Notes: generated by a model from the letters alone, not told the origin. DNA of 64,000 nt from Promethearchaeota archaeon (GCA_016930515.1 JAFGGO010000108.1:32224-96223), one strand, 5' to 3'. Shown: positions 28,559 to 38,703, counted from the stretch's first letter. Numbers and translations: made by a program.

Positions 28559-29722
28559 ATGAACGAGTATTCTTCAGAGATATCGGGTTTCCATAAGCTC
28601 TCTATCGAAGAGAGGTTAAAAATAATCAAGGAAAAAGTAGGTCTTAACGACGAGGAAACTGATATTCTCCAGAATTTTGGATATTTTGAACCCCAAGCAA
28701 TGGACATGCTCATTGAAAATGTTATAGGAAGTTATCAATTACCTTATTCAATCGCATGCAACTTTAAAATAAATGGAAACGATTACCTCGTTCCAATGGT
28801 CTTGGAAGAACCTTCGGTTGTAGCTGCTGCTTCAAATGTGGCGAGGATGGCGAGAAAATATGGTGGGTTTCACTGCGAAAAAATTCGTCAAGTCATGATA
28901 GGTCAAATTCAGATCGTGAATCTTAAAGCAGTTGAAGATGCTGTAAAAAATATTGAGGTAAACAAGGAAAAAATTATTCGTCTCGCAAACGACCAAGATC
29001 CTATTCTCATTAAATTTGGAGGAGGTGCAGTTGATTTAGAAGTAAGACCAATCGATACTATTAAAGGACCGATGATAATCGTCCACTTGCTCGTCAATGT
29101 ACTGGATGCAATGGGTGCTAACGCCGTGAACACGATGGCCGAGGCAATAGCACCGCTTTTGGAAGAATTATCCCGTGGAAAAGTCTTGCTCAGGATTATT
29201 TCGAATCTTGCTACTCATAGAATCGCAAAATGCAAGGCTACTTTTGATAAGGACATGCTAGGGGGTGCTGAAGTGGTTGAGGGCATATTAAATGCTTATG
29301 CGTTTGCTAAGGCAGATCCTTTCAGATGTGCAACTCATAATAAAGGAATAATGAACGGGATAATAGCTCTTACTTTAGCAACGGGAAACGATACACGGGC
29401 TATCGAGGCAGGAGCGCACGCTTATGCGGCTTTAAACGGATATTCCCCTCTCAGTTGTTTTGAAGTGGATCCTTTTGGTAATCTAGTAGGAGAACTTGAG
29501 CTTCCAATGGCGTTGGGAATCATTGGAGGACTCACGAAAACGCATCCGTTAGCAAGGATTTCGCTAAAGATTCTGGGGATAAAAAAAGCAGAAGAATTGG
29601 CTCAAGTTGCCGTTGCGCTTGGGCTCTGCCAGAATGTGGCGGCTTTAAGGGCACTTGCTGCCGAAGGCATACAAGCGGGGCACATGAAGTTGCACAAAAG
29701 AAAAGCAGAAAAAATAGATTGA
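28559..29722 (+). CDS. mvaA: HMG-CoA reductase, class II
   Basis: ENVIG, EEPSVVAA, DAMGAN, THNKGIMNG and GHMKLH. Confidence 0.95.
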   Translation: MNEYSSEISGFHKLSIEERLKIIKEKVGLNDEETDILQNFGYFEPQAMDMLIENVIGSYQLPYSIACNFKINGNDYLVPMVLEEPSVVAAASNVARMARKYGGFHCEKIRQVMIGQIQIVNLKAVEDAVKNIEVNKEKIIRLANDQDPILIKFGGGAVDLEVRPIDTIKGPMIIVHLLVNVLDAMGANAVNTMAEAIAPLLEELSRGKVLLRIISNLATHRIAKCKATFDKDMLGGAEVVEGILNAYAFAKADPFRCATHNKGIMNGIIALTLATGNDTRAIEAGAHAYAALNGYSPLSCFEVDPFGNLVGELELPMALGIIGGLTKTHPLARISLKILGIKKAEELAQVAVALGLCQNVAALRALAAEGIQAGHMKLHKRKAEKID

Positions 29723-29767
29723 TATCCATTATTATTGACTTGTATTTGCTTAATAAGGCTTAAAGGA

Positions 29768-30154
29768 TCATATGATTGAAAGACTCCTTGTTTTTTCAAG
29801 ACCTTTTGCAAATTTAGACATTTTAAATTGGACGCAATCGTTTGTTTGAATGATCTTTATCGCCCATTGGGGAATAAAGCTATTATACTTTACTTCCATG
29901 ATGCATGTTCCCGGAGGAACGATAAATTTTGAACCTCCTCCGTAATGAAGATCGAGATTATAATTTCGAACTACCATGTTTGTGTCAAAAGTAAGCCTGA
30001 AATTTCTTTCCATTATCGATACATACGGTTGTCTTTTATAAGAAACACAACATTCGGGTTTCAAGTTTAATCTTTTTATAAGAAACCAATTCTCTTCCAA
30101 TGTTTTTTTATCTTGATTGGTATTAAATTCAAGCCAAAATTGAAAAATGAATCT
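29768..30154 (-). pseudogene. C-terminal fragment of a VTC/polyphosphate-polymerase domain gene
   Basis: YKRQPY...RLTFD...IMEVKY...SKF are VTC C-half motifs. The frame ends at TGA 30155-30157 and the N-terminal half is absent. Confidence 0.65.
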
Positions 30155-30328
30155 TCAATGAATTTAATGAAAAGATCTTCAATCATATGTTTAGAAATTG
30201 AAATATTATTTAAAAACCAGTTGGAGTGTTGCTGGAATATTGATATGTTCTATTCTCTTATTCTGAAAATACAAAAACATTATATAAATATCTTCGTGTT
30301 GGAATAAATGATAAAAATGAGAGAAGAT

Positions 30329-31840
30329 TCATTTATTTTTTTTCATTGCTACCTTTTTAACATCTTTTGTGATCTTTTCACAAGCAAGTTGAGCAGAAAT
30401 GATGGAAACTGGGACTCCCACACCGGGATGAGTATAATGTCCGGCGTAATACAGGTTTTTAACCTTCTTGCTTTTATGATGAGGTCTAAACACGGCAGTT
30501 TGTCGCAAGGTATGAGCTAATCCAAGTGCCGTACCCTTGAAAGCGTGAAATGTATTTTTAAAATGCTCGTGCGCAACAATCCGTTTTACAACGATAGAGT
30601 CCTTAATCGATTCTCCCGTTAGTTTTTCAACCTTTTCAAGGACTTTATCAAAATATTGCTCTCGGAAGGATTCAATATCGTCAAGATCGGGAGAAACTAA
30701 AACAAGAATGGTCATGAGCTCTCCTCCCTCAGGAATTAGGGACGGATCTGACTTTGAAGGGACGGTAATATAAATAGATGGATCTTCTGGCCATTGTGGG
30801 TTTGATCCAAAAATCTTATTGAAGTAATCGTCCCAATCGGGGTTAAAATAAAAATTATGATGCAAGAAATTGTTTAATTTCTTGTTCAACCCAAGATAAA
30901 CCAAGAACGCCGCTGGAGCAATTATTTTCTTCTTCCAATACTTCTCTTTATATGTTCTATATTTTTCCTCTATTAATTTCATTTCTCCATGTTCGTAATC
31001 TCCTGTGTTTAAAATGATGTCCGCTTGAAAATTTCCATTACTTGTTAGCAATCTCTTTCCCATTTTGTCTTTTACTTCTATTTTAAACACTTCAGTATTA
31101 AACTTGAAATCTACTCCTTTTTCTACTCCTAAATTTTTAATTGCGTCAACAATGGCTCCAAAACCCCCCAATGGATACCAAATTCCAAGGTTCATATCAC
31201 AATGAGCTAAAATAGAATAAACCGCGGGGCTAATGGGCGGGGAGGCACCAACAAAAGCTACGCTATATTGGACAATTTTTTGAGCTTTATCGCTTTTAAA
31301 ATATTTTTTTACGAACTTATCAAGTTTCGTGAGAATTTTAAGCTTTAATCCCTTAAAAATCAGCGATCTATCCAAAAAATCAAGGATATTCCAATAATCC
31401 TTATAGAGAAAATGATCGAAAACGATATCGTACATTGCTTTCGAGCGTTCGATAAATTTTCGTAATTTTTTACCTCCTTCCTTTTCGAATGTATCAAAAA
31501 GTTTGTAATTTTCGTTTATATCTGCCTTGATATCTAAAGAATCGTTTTCACCGAAATGAACTCGATAAGAGGGATCTATACGCACTGTTTTATAATAATC
31601 TTCGGGTTTTTTTCCAAAGAGGGCGAAAAAATTGTCAAACGCATCAATCATCATGTACCACGAGGGTCCCATATCAAAGACGTAACCTTTTTCTTGCCAA
31701 ACCATGCCTCGACCTCCAGGCTTGTCGTTTTTCTCGAGTACCGTGACTTCGAAGCCTTCTTTTGCTAAAATAGCTGCTGCTGATAAACCAGTAAAACCGG
31801 CTCCTATAACCATTACTTTTCTTCCTTTTATTTCTTTCAT
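30329..31840 (-). CDS. crtI: Phytoene desaturase
   Basis: GAGFTGL, FDMGPSWY, GIWYPLGG, LAHTLRQTAVFRP and THPGVGVP; directly downstream of crtB. Confidence 0.92.
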   Translation of the reverse strand: MKEIKGRKVMVIGAGFTGLSAAAILAKEGFEVTVLEKNDKPGGRGMVWQEKGYVFDMGPSWYMMIDAFDNFFALFGKKPEDYYKTVRIDPSYRVHFGENDSLDIKADINENYKLFDTFEKEGGKKLRKFIERSKAMYDIVFDHFLYKDYWNILDFLDRSLIFKGLKLKILTKLDKFVKKYFKSDKAQKIVQYSVAFVGASPPISPAVYSILAHCDMNLGIWYPLGGFGAIVDAIKNLGVEKGVDFKFNTEVFKIEVKDKMGKRLLTSNGNFQADIILNTGDYEHGEMKLIEEKYRTYKEKYWKKKIIAPAAFLVYLGLNKKLNNFLHHNFYFNPDWDDYFNKIFGSNPQWPEDPSIYITVPSKSDPSLIPEGGELMTILVLVSPDLDDIESFREQYFDKVLEKVEKLTGESIKDSIVVKRIVAHEHFKNTFHAFKGTALGLAHTLRQTAVFRPHHKSKKVKNLYYAGHYTHPGVGVPVSIISAQLACEKITKDVKKVAMKKNK

Positions 31841-31851
31841 TATGATAATAC

Positions 31852-32676
31852 CTATCTTCTAATTTTAATCGAGTTTTTTATTATTTCTAAAATTATCCTC
31901 CGTTTAGAAGGTTTAACTCTCTGATCGTACACGATAAACGGATTTTCTCTTATTTTTAACGCAGTCCATTTATACATGTCCGAAGCAGTTTTAATGGGAA
32001 TTAAATATCTTTTTGGAATGTATTTATATCCGTTTTCTGCTTCTTTTACCCATTTAAAGTAAAGATCAATTTGGTCCGAGATGAATCTTATGAACTCTTC
32101 TCTGTTTTTGGTTGTTTCTTCTCTTGTCAAATTTTTCAAATCATACCCATTTAAGGGAAGATAACGCCTTCCTAGCTTAATATCTTCTAGTATATCTCGA
32201 ATAAAATTAATGTATTGCATGGATGTACCAAGTCTTTCTGCTGCGAAATAAGATCTTTCAGGCAAATCAAGGATTTTTGCCATGAATAAACCGATAACTT
32301 CGGCAGAACCGTGAATGTATTTGAGTGTTTCGACTAAGGTATCGTAATTTTTCTTTGTAAGATCCATCTCCATTGCCCATAGAAAATCGTCGACCCAAAT
32401 ACTCTCGAATTGTTTTCTACGCATCAATTCGACGAAAGAATCGATAATAATATCGTTGCTTTTCTTCCCATTGAGGGATAGTCTATACTTGTCGCAAAAA
32501 TTTAAAAAAGCCTCCTTGTTTTGTGGAATCGCATCTACATAATTATCTGCAACTCTCACGAATCCATATAAAACGAATACATCTCTTCTCACATTCTTGG
32601 GAAAGAAAATGCTACTATTGAAATAGGTCTTGCTTCCTTCCTTGAAAATAGTATGATGAATGTGTGATATTGACAT
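31852..32676 (-). CDS. crtB: Phytoene synthase
   Basis: SKTYF, YGFVRVADNYVD, YIHGSAEVIGL and NFIRDILED...GRRYLP. Confidence 0.93.
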   Translation of the reverse strand: MSISHIHHTIFKEGSKTYFNSSIFFPKNVRRDVFVLYGFVRVADNYVDAIPQNKEAFLNFCDKYRLSLNGKKSNDIIIDSFVELMRRKQFESIWVDDFLWAMEMDLTKKNYDTLVETLKYIHGSAEVIGLFMAKILDLPERSYFAAERLGTSMQYINFIRDILEDIKLGRRYLPLNGYDLKNLTREETTKNREEFIRFISDQIDLYFKWVKEAENGYKYIPKRYLIPIKTASDMYKWTALKIRENPFIVYDQRVKPSKRRIILEIIKNSIKIRR

Positions 32677-32919
32677 GTTGTAGAATGATAAATTTCATTT
32701 ATTTTATATATTTTGCATTTAAAATATTAATAGATTTTATATATTAGTAGAGAGATAAGTTTTCCTTGGATACTATCTATTTATTCAATTATAGGTTGTG
32801 GATCTTTTTCTTCTCATTAGTTGGAACTAATTAACTTGAACTTTTATAGTATTATATAAATCTAATTTATACTTTAGGGACAAAAGATTTATAAAATAAA
32901 ATGAAATCATTTACTACAT

Positions 32920-34542
32920 ATGACCGAAATAACAAATAACGATTTTTTCTTCAATGTTGGCATTGATTCTATGGGTTTTTACACTTCAAAATATTATGTT
33001 GATCTAAGAGAATTAGCAGAAGTTCGAAATGTCGATCCAGACAAGTATTTAAGGGGGTTGTTAACCACCGAGATGAGGATTCCTGGACCTGGGGAGGATA
33101 TAGTAAGCATGGCAGTAAAAGCAGGGCACTATGCCTTACATAAAGGAAATATAAACCCTGAGGAAATCGACGCCATTTTTCTAGGCACGGAAACCATGAC
33201 TTACGCCGTTAAGTCAATTGCTAATGTTCTTTCAGAGATTTTTGGTACTACCATAAATTGCGTCACTCAAGATGTATATAACGCTTGTGCTGGAGCAACA
33301 CTTGCGGTTTTAAACGCGATAGGCTTAATAAATAATGGAATAATCAACAAGGCTTTAATTATTGGGGCTGATATTAGTCATTATAAATTAGAAAGCCCAG
33401 GAGAACCAACTCAAGGTGCGGCAGCAGCAGCAGTGGTTATCTCTAAAAATCCCCGGGTCGCCGCTTTTGGAAAGAATTTTGGAAAATATACCGCTAATAT
33501 TTACGATTTCTATAGATTACCCTATGAGGATTATCCCGTTGTATTTGGAAAATATTCGATCGATTCCTATCTTAAATTCCAACTTGGGGCATTCGACGAT
33601 TTCTTCAAAAATGCTAGAAACATTCTACCCGATTATCTGGCTTTCCACTCGCCTTTTGCGAAGTTACCTCTTAAAAACATCCAAAATCTATTATTAAATA
33701 GATGGGAAACGCTGAAAAAAATCTTGCTCGATAAACAATCGCCAAATGCCTGTCCCGTGATGATTCACGATCAAGCCTGCGATGTGATGAAAGATATGAT
33801 CGAACCAATTTTTGAAAATATGAAAGTAGATGATAAATATCAAAATATTGAATCAATGAAAATTGATTTAATCAATAGTCTCACAAACAGGTTTCTTCCG
33901 ACTCTTAATGTACCGATGTCAATTGGAAATATGTATTCAGCGTCAATTTGGGCTCAATTAATTTATCTTTTAGAGAATATTGTTAATCAAAATGACCTGA
34001 TTTATTTTGGGTCTTACGGTTCTGGAGCAACATGCATTTCTGGAATGCTAAAAGTCATGCCAAGTTTTAAACAAATCGTTGAAAAAGGTCCCAAAGTAAT
34101 GAATTTCATAGAAAACAAGGAGCGTAAAACCGTTCAAGAATACGAAGAAATGAGGGAAAAAATTGACGCGAAAAAAATTCATCATGCACGAATCGAACCC
34201 CACCCATCTCCAAAAAATTATTTCGTGGAAATTGGCGTTTGCGAGGGAGGTTGCTTGGTGTCAAAATTAGAAGGGCTTGATTTTTGCCCTCGTGGTACCA
34301 ATAAAACTCATAAAAAAAGGCTTCCAATGTACGCCGTAGTGGCAACTGATCCTACTCACGATATGAATGAGAATGAATTGTCTGCAGATGATGTTGTTCG
34401 AGTTTCTCCAGATGTAAAAAAAGGTCAAACCGTTGAATACAACATGCTTCGGGCGGGAAAAAACGAATCTGCTCATTGTGTTCAAACTGGATTTATAACT
34501 TGGATTCCGACTTATAAACCTATAAATTATCCTATAGAATAA
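32920..34542 (+). CDS. mvaS: HMG-CoA synthase with C-terminal DUF35-like extension
   Basis: GTET, NACAG, GEPTQGA, HSPF, GNMYSAS and SYGSG, plus an extra ~120 aa Cys-containing tail. Confidence 0.88.
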   Translation: MTEITNNDFFFNVGIDSMGFYTSKYYVDLRELAEVRNVDPDKYLRGLLTTEMRIPGPGEDIVSMAVKAGHYALHKGNINPEEIDAIFLGTETMTYAVKSIANVLSEIFGTTINCVTQDVYNACAGATLAVLNAIGLINNGIINKALIIGADISHYKLESPGEPTQGAAAAAVVISKNPRVAAFGKNFGKYTANIYDFYRLPYEDYPVVFGKYSIDSYLKFQLGAFDDFFKNARNILPDYLAFHSPFAKLPLKNIQNLLLNRWETLKKILLDKQSPNACPVMIHDQACDVMKDMIEPIFENMKVDDKYQNIESMKIDLINSLTNRFLPTLNVPMSIGNMYSASIWAQLIYLLENIVNQNDLIYFGSYGSGATCISGMLKVMPSFKQIVEKGPKVMNFIENKERKTVQEYEEMREKIDAKKIHHARIEPHPSPKNYFVEIGVCEGGCLVSKLEGLDFCPRGTNKTHKKRLPMYAVVATDPTHDMNENELSADDVVRVSPDVKKGQTVEYNMLRAGKNESAHCVQTGFITWIPTYKPINYPIE

Positions 34543-34611
34543 TATTTTTAAATCCAATAGGAAAATTTACATCTTTGGAATATTATCTTGAAAAGGATGA
34601 TAGTAAATCGA

Positions 34612-35715
34612 TTATAATCGTTTGAAATCTACTTTTCTTTCTTTTAACCATCCTTTCAGCGAAGAACTAATCACTATAGGTGATTTTTTAAGTTCCTCAA
34701 TAGATTTACTTCCAGTTAAAAGCATTGTAATCCTTAGTTCTCCAATGATTTTATCAATGAAGTTATCAATTGAACCTTGGCCCTCTAATGCAGCCATGAG
34801 AAAGGGTCTTGCCAAGGCTGCGTAATCTGCACCAATCCTTATCGTTTTTGCAATGTCTATTCCGTTTCTTATCCCGCCACTACCTATAATTTTTCTGTCA
34901 GTATATCCATTTGAAGCATAATTTACTTCAATAATACTCGCAGCAGTAGGAATCCCCCAGTCCCAGAATAACTCACCAAAATCCATATTAACCTTGATAT
35001 CGTGTTTTTTTGCTCTATAATATTCAACTGCAATCCAGCTTGTTCCACCCACACCTGCTACATCAATGTATTTTATTCCTATATTGAATAATTTTTTCGC
35101 TATTTCTTTGGAAATACCGCAACCTGTTTCTTTGATAACTATTGGGATATCAATTTGATCTTTTAGTTCTGCGATTTTATCAAGAGTGCCAGAGAACGCT
35201 TTATCGCCTTCTGGTTGTACTAATTCTTGGATCACGTTGAGATGTATTGCAAGAGCGTTTGCATTGATATTATTGATGATTTCTTCAATGTATTCAAATT
35301 TATCAGAATTTGCTACTTGTGCCATGCCAATATTTCCAACAATAGGGACATCGGGAGCACACTTTCTAACCGCAGAAAAGGATTCTTTCGTTTCTGGATG
35401 CCTTATTATGACTCGTTGACTTCCAACCATCATTGGTATTCGATATTTTTGGGCAGCTTTTGCTAAGGAAACATTTATTTTTTTTGTTAATTCCGTTCCA
35501 CCGGTCATTGCTCCAATTATAATTGGAGCAGACAAGGACTTGCCAAGAAATTCGCAAGATAAATTGATGTCGTCTAAATCTAATTCGGGTAAGGTATTAT
35601 GAACGAATCTCACGTGTTCGAGCCAAGTTGAATCGTGACTTTCTACATTTTCCGTACTTACCAGAACGATATGCTCGTCTTTTCTGTTTTGTATGGGTAT
35701 TTTTGAGATATCCAC
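34612..35715 (-). CDS. fni: Type 2 isopentenyl-diphosphate isomerase
   Basis: RKDEH, AMTGG, GSQR, HLN..QE..QPEGD, KETGCG and GGTSW. Confidence 0.96.
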   Translation of the reverse strand: MDISKIPIQNRKDEHIVLVSTENVESHDSTWLEHVRFVHNTLPELDLDDINLSCEFLGKSLSAPIIIGAMTGGTELTKKINVSLAKAAQKYRIPMMVGSQRVIIRHPETKESFSAVRKCAPDVPIVGNIGMAQVANSDKFEYIEEIINNINANALAIHLNVIQELVQPEGDKAFSGTLDKIAELKDQIDIPIVIKETGCGISKEIAKKLFNIGIKYIDVAGVGGTSWIAVEYYRAKKHDIKVNMDFGELFWDWGIPTAASIIEVNYASNGYTDRKIIGSGGIRNGIDIAKTIRIGADYAALARPFLMAALEGQGSIDNFIDKIIGELRITMLLTGSKSIEELKKSPIVISSSLKGWLKERKVDFKRL

Positions 35716-35819
35716 TTTAACACCATTTTAAAATCGATTTTAATAATAGAAGGTATGAAAACACCATTAATAAGTCTTTTAGGATAAATAATTTCGGAAT
35801 TAATCCTTATTTTTCCCAT

Positions 35820-36533
35820 TTATTTTAAAACTACGAAAATTCTGGTTGCGATAAAAAATACCGTTTGAATTAAAACAAACCACGGACTCTGTGGGCTTTC
35901 TCTTAGAGAGCATCTTTTAATTTTGGGAATTATCAAATAAGATATTGCAAATAGAAAAGATATTAAAAACCACGCAATATAATTTTGTATTGGGACTATC
36001 ATTGGATTGTTCGTTAGTGTCCAAGTCCAGTAGTTCAATCCAATCGCTGCTGGTTCCATGATATAATCAAATAATGTCGCAAGGATGGCAGTAAAGAGCG
36101 ATATAAAAAAAATCCTCATCTTATTGTTGAAACTCGGTTTGATTAATCGATCAAAAGCCCATTCAGAAAATAGTACCAACGAAAGAATGATTATTACCCA
36201 ATTCAAGCCAATAACGACGGGTACATTTAATATTTTAGGTCCAAGCACTTCTCCATAATAATATGGGCCAAAAAAGAGAGAAAATGCCACGCCAAGTGCT
36301 TCCAAGGTAAATGTAATAATATATGCAACGATGATCCAAAAAACAACATTCCACTTTTTGAAACACTTGTGAATGGCCCAGAGACCTGAGATCAAGATCA
36401 CGAGCGGAGTGATTAACATCATGAAAGAAAATGTATATTCCCAAAGATGGAACAATATTCCGATTCCATAAAAAATTGCAATTATTATCGTCTGGAACTT
36501 CCAGTCAGTTATTTTTATTTCTTTCTCTCTCAA
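35820..36533 (-). CDS. cruF: Carotenoid 1,2-hydratase (CruF family)
   Basis: Multi-pass protein with EALGV...FGPYYY..LGPK...VP, D..MEP and W...VPIQNYIAWF; abuts the crtD-like gene. Confidence 0.85.
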   Translation of the reverse strand: MREKEIKITDWKFQTIIIAIFYGIGILFHLWEYTFSFMMLITPLVILISGLWAIHKCFKKWNVVFWIIVAYIITFTLEALGVAFSLFFGPYYYGEVLGPKILNVPVVIGLNWVIIILSLVLFSEWAFDRLIKPSFNNKMRIFFISLFTAILATLFDYIMEPAAIGLNYWTWTLTNNPMIVPIQNYIAWFLISFLFAISYLIIPKIKRCSLRESPQSPWFVLIQTVFFIATRIFVVLK

Positions 36534-38024
36534 TCATTTTCTCCTCGAGTATTTATCCACGAGTTCAGCACAGATTTTTCCCGATAACAATACTAAAGGC
36601 ATTCCTCCTCCTGGATGGGCACTTCCTCCGCAAAAATACAAGCCTTTTATCTTAATACTCCTGTTTCTATGGCGCATGAATGCGGCTGATTTAGTGTTTG
36701 AACTTATGCCATAAAGACTACCACGGGTGGATCCAGTTCGTCTCTCTATTTCTGGTGGCGTGAGAATCCCTTCTGCAACAATATGATTTTCTATGTTAAC
36801 GCCCAATCGCTCGGATAAAAGGTTAATGGTGGCTTTTCTAGTTTTAGAGGCAAATTCGTCCCAATCTTGACCGTAATCTGCTGGCGCGTTAATGAGTACA
36901 AACCAGTTTTCGCAACCTTTTGGAGCATCCGCGGGGGTGAGTTTTGATGTAATGTTGACATAAACCGTTGGCTTTTCAGGTATGTTTTTATCCTCGAACA
37001 TAGCCTTAAATTCCGCTTCATAATTAGAGGAGAAGAATATATTATTTACGGATAATTCCTCAAATATCCTATTAATTCCCCAATAAAAAACGATACCACT
37101 CGAACTTGGTTCCAGCTTCTTATATCTTCGTGCTTTTTTCGAGTTTGGTAAATTTAGAAGTGAATCGTAAGTTGAAATGACATCTGCGTTAGAAATTACG
37201 GCATCGTAGGTCTTTTCTTCTAATACGGTTTTGATGCCAATAACCTTCCTTTTTTTTATCGTAATTCCTCCTACACTCTGATTGAAATAAAAGCGCACGC
37301 CTAGATCTTTTGCAGCTTGGTAAAGTTTTTTAGGAATTTCAAAAATACCTTCTTTAATTCCAAATCCCCCGCCTATATATTCGATAAACGGTATGATAAT
37401 CATGGTTGCGGGAGTTTGATATGGATTCGAACCGTTATAGGTTGCGTACCTATTAAAAAGCTGTACGATGCGAGGATCCTTGAAATATTTCTGGTTAATC
37501 TTGTTCAAAGTGCTAAATGGGTGGATACGAGCGAGCTGGAGGAACTTGTAAAGAAAGGAAGGTTTTAACAATCTTTTTAACTCGTGAATCGGTTGGGTTA
37601 AAAATAGGGTTCCACCGAGTTCATAAGCTTTTTTAGATTCCTTCAAATATGTTTCTAATGATTTTAGGCCATGAGGAACGATTCTTTCCAATTCTTTTCC
37701 AAATTTTTCCAGATCTGACCAGGCTTTTAGATAACTTCCATCCGATAGAAAATAAGTACAGATCTCGTTTAATTTTATAAAAGTAAGTTCTTGAATCATG
37801 TTCTTGCCCGCAGTCTTAAATAAGTCTTCAAATACCCAAGGCATTGTCACCAAGGAAGGTCCTGTATCAAATCTATAACCGTCATAGTACTCTTCAGCGG
37901 CTTTTCCCCCAGGAAACGATTGAGTCTCGTAGACATCCACTTCCCATCCCTTTCTTTTTAGATAAATCGATGCCGACAAGCCTCCTAATCCAGAACCTAC
38001 TATCGCAGCTTTATTCGAGTCCAT
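36534..38024 (-). CDS. crtD: CrtI-family desaturase, probably hydroxycarotenoid 3,4-desaturase
   Basis: GSGLGGL, FDTGPSL, FNRYATYNGSNPY, GSLYGISSN and HPGGGMPL. It is the second desaturase of the cluster and sits next to cruF. Confidence 0.75.
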   Translation of the reverse strand: MDSNKAAIVGSGLGGLSASIYLKRKGWEVDVYETQSFPGGKAAEEYYDGYRFDTGPSLVTMPWVFEDLFKTAGKNMIQELTFIKLNEICTYFLSDGSYLKAWSDLEKFGKELERIVPHGLKSLETYLKESKKAYELGGTLFLTQPIHELKRLLKPSFLYKFLQLARIHPFSTLNKINQKYFKDPRIVQLFNRYATYNGSNPYQTPATMIIIPFIEYIGGGFGIKEGIFEIPKKLYQAAKDLGVRFYFNQSVGGITIKKRKVIGIKTVLEEKTYDAVISNADVISTYDSLLNLPNSKKARRYKKLEPSSSGIVFYWGINRIFEELSVNNIFFSSNYEAEFKAMFEDKNIPEKPTVYVNITSKLTPADAPKGCENWFVLINAPADYGQDWDEFASKTRKATINLLSERLGVNIENHIVAEGILTPPEIERRTGSTRGSLYGISSNTKSAAFMRHRNRSIKIKGLYFCGGSAHPGGGMPLVLLSGKICAELVDKYSRRK

Positions 38025-38703
38025 CTCCTCCTTTAAAACTATATTTTCTGAAAAAGAAATACGTGAATAAGTAAAGAGCGATGAGTGAAAAGCTATAAAA
38101 GAAGTCTTCGATGGGTATGGTAACGATTCTGAGTCCTATTATTGCCTCCTCATTGTATATCACTATGGGTAAACCAGTAAAAATACCGTTGAAGATTAAA
38201 AAAGGAATATAGCTCAAGAATAATGCTATAATTGTCCAACTAGATTGGAAATTTCTGAACTTCAATGTGCTTATCAATAGCATTGTGATAAAAAACATGA
38301 TTCCAATGATGATCGTATATCCTTTATTAAGAAAAAATAAAAGGGGGGTAAAACCTATTGAGCCGATACAGATAAGAATATATCTGGAATATTCAAGTAT
38401 TTTTTCTTTAAAATACGCACGAACGCACTCGTAAATAAAAATGGTTGCGTAGGGGACCGCTATAAAAAAAAACCACTCTCCTATTGGAAGATTAAATAAC
38501 TTCAATGTTCCTGCGTATTGTTCTGAAAACGACCAATGACCTAACTCCGTCACGACCATGTCCCAAATTATGAAGCCAGTACTAACCACCAAAATGCTCA
38601 AAAATAATGCAGGCCACCTGCGCCAAAAAGCAACTTTCTTATCAAAAGATAAAAGAAAGGGCGCTATAATAACAAAAAAATTTAACCAGAAATATAGAGA
38701 CAT
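38011..38703 (-). CDS. crtY: Membrane-type lycopene beta-cyclase (fused CrtYc/Yd)
   Basis: Two hydrophobic repeats with PIGEWFFF and PIEDFFY motifs; overlaps the crtD start by 14 nt. Confidence 0.85.
   Translation of the reverse strand: MSLYFWLNFFVIIAPFLLSFDKKVAFWRRWPALFLSILVVSTGFIIWDMVVTELGHWSFSEQYAGTLKLFNLPIGEWFFFIAVPYATIFIYECVRAYFKEKILEYSRYILICIGSIGFTPLLFFLNKGYTIIIGIMFFITMLLISTLKFRNFQSSWTIIALFLSYIPFLIFNGIFTGLPIVIYNEEAIIGLRIVTIPIEDFFYSFSLIALYLFTYFFFRKYSFKGGDGLE

Noticed and set aside
30329-38703. Bacterioruberin (C50) or retinal/rhodopsin cluster
   Set aside because: No lycopene elongase, blh/brp dioxygenase or opsin gene is in the window. They could exist elsewhere in the genome.
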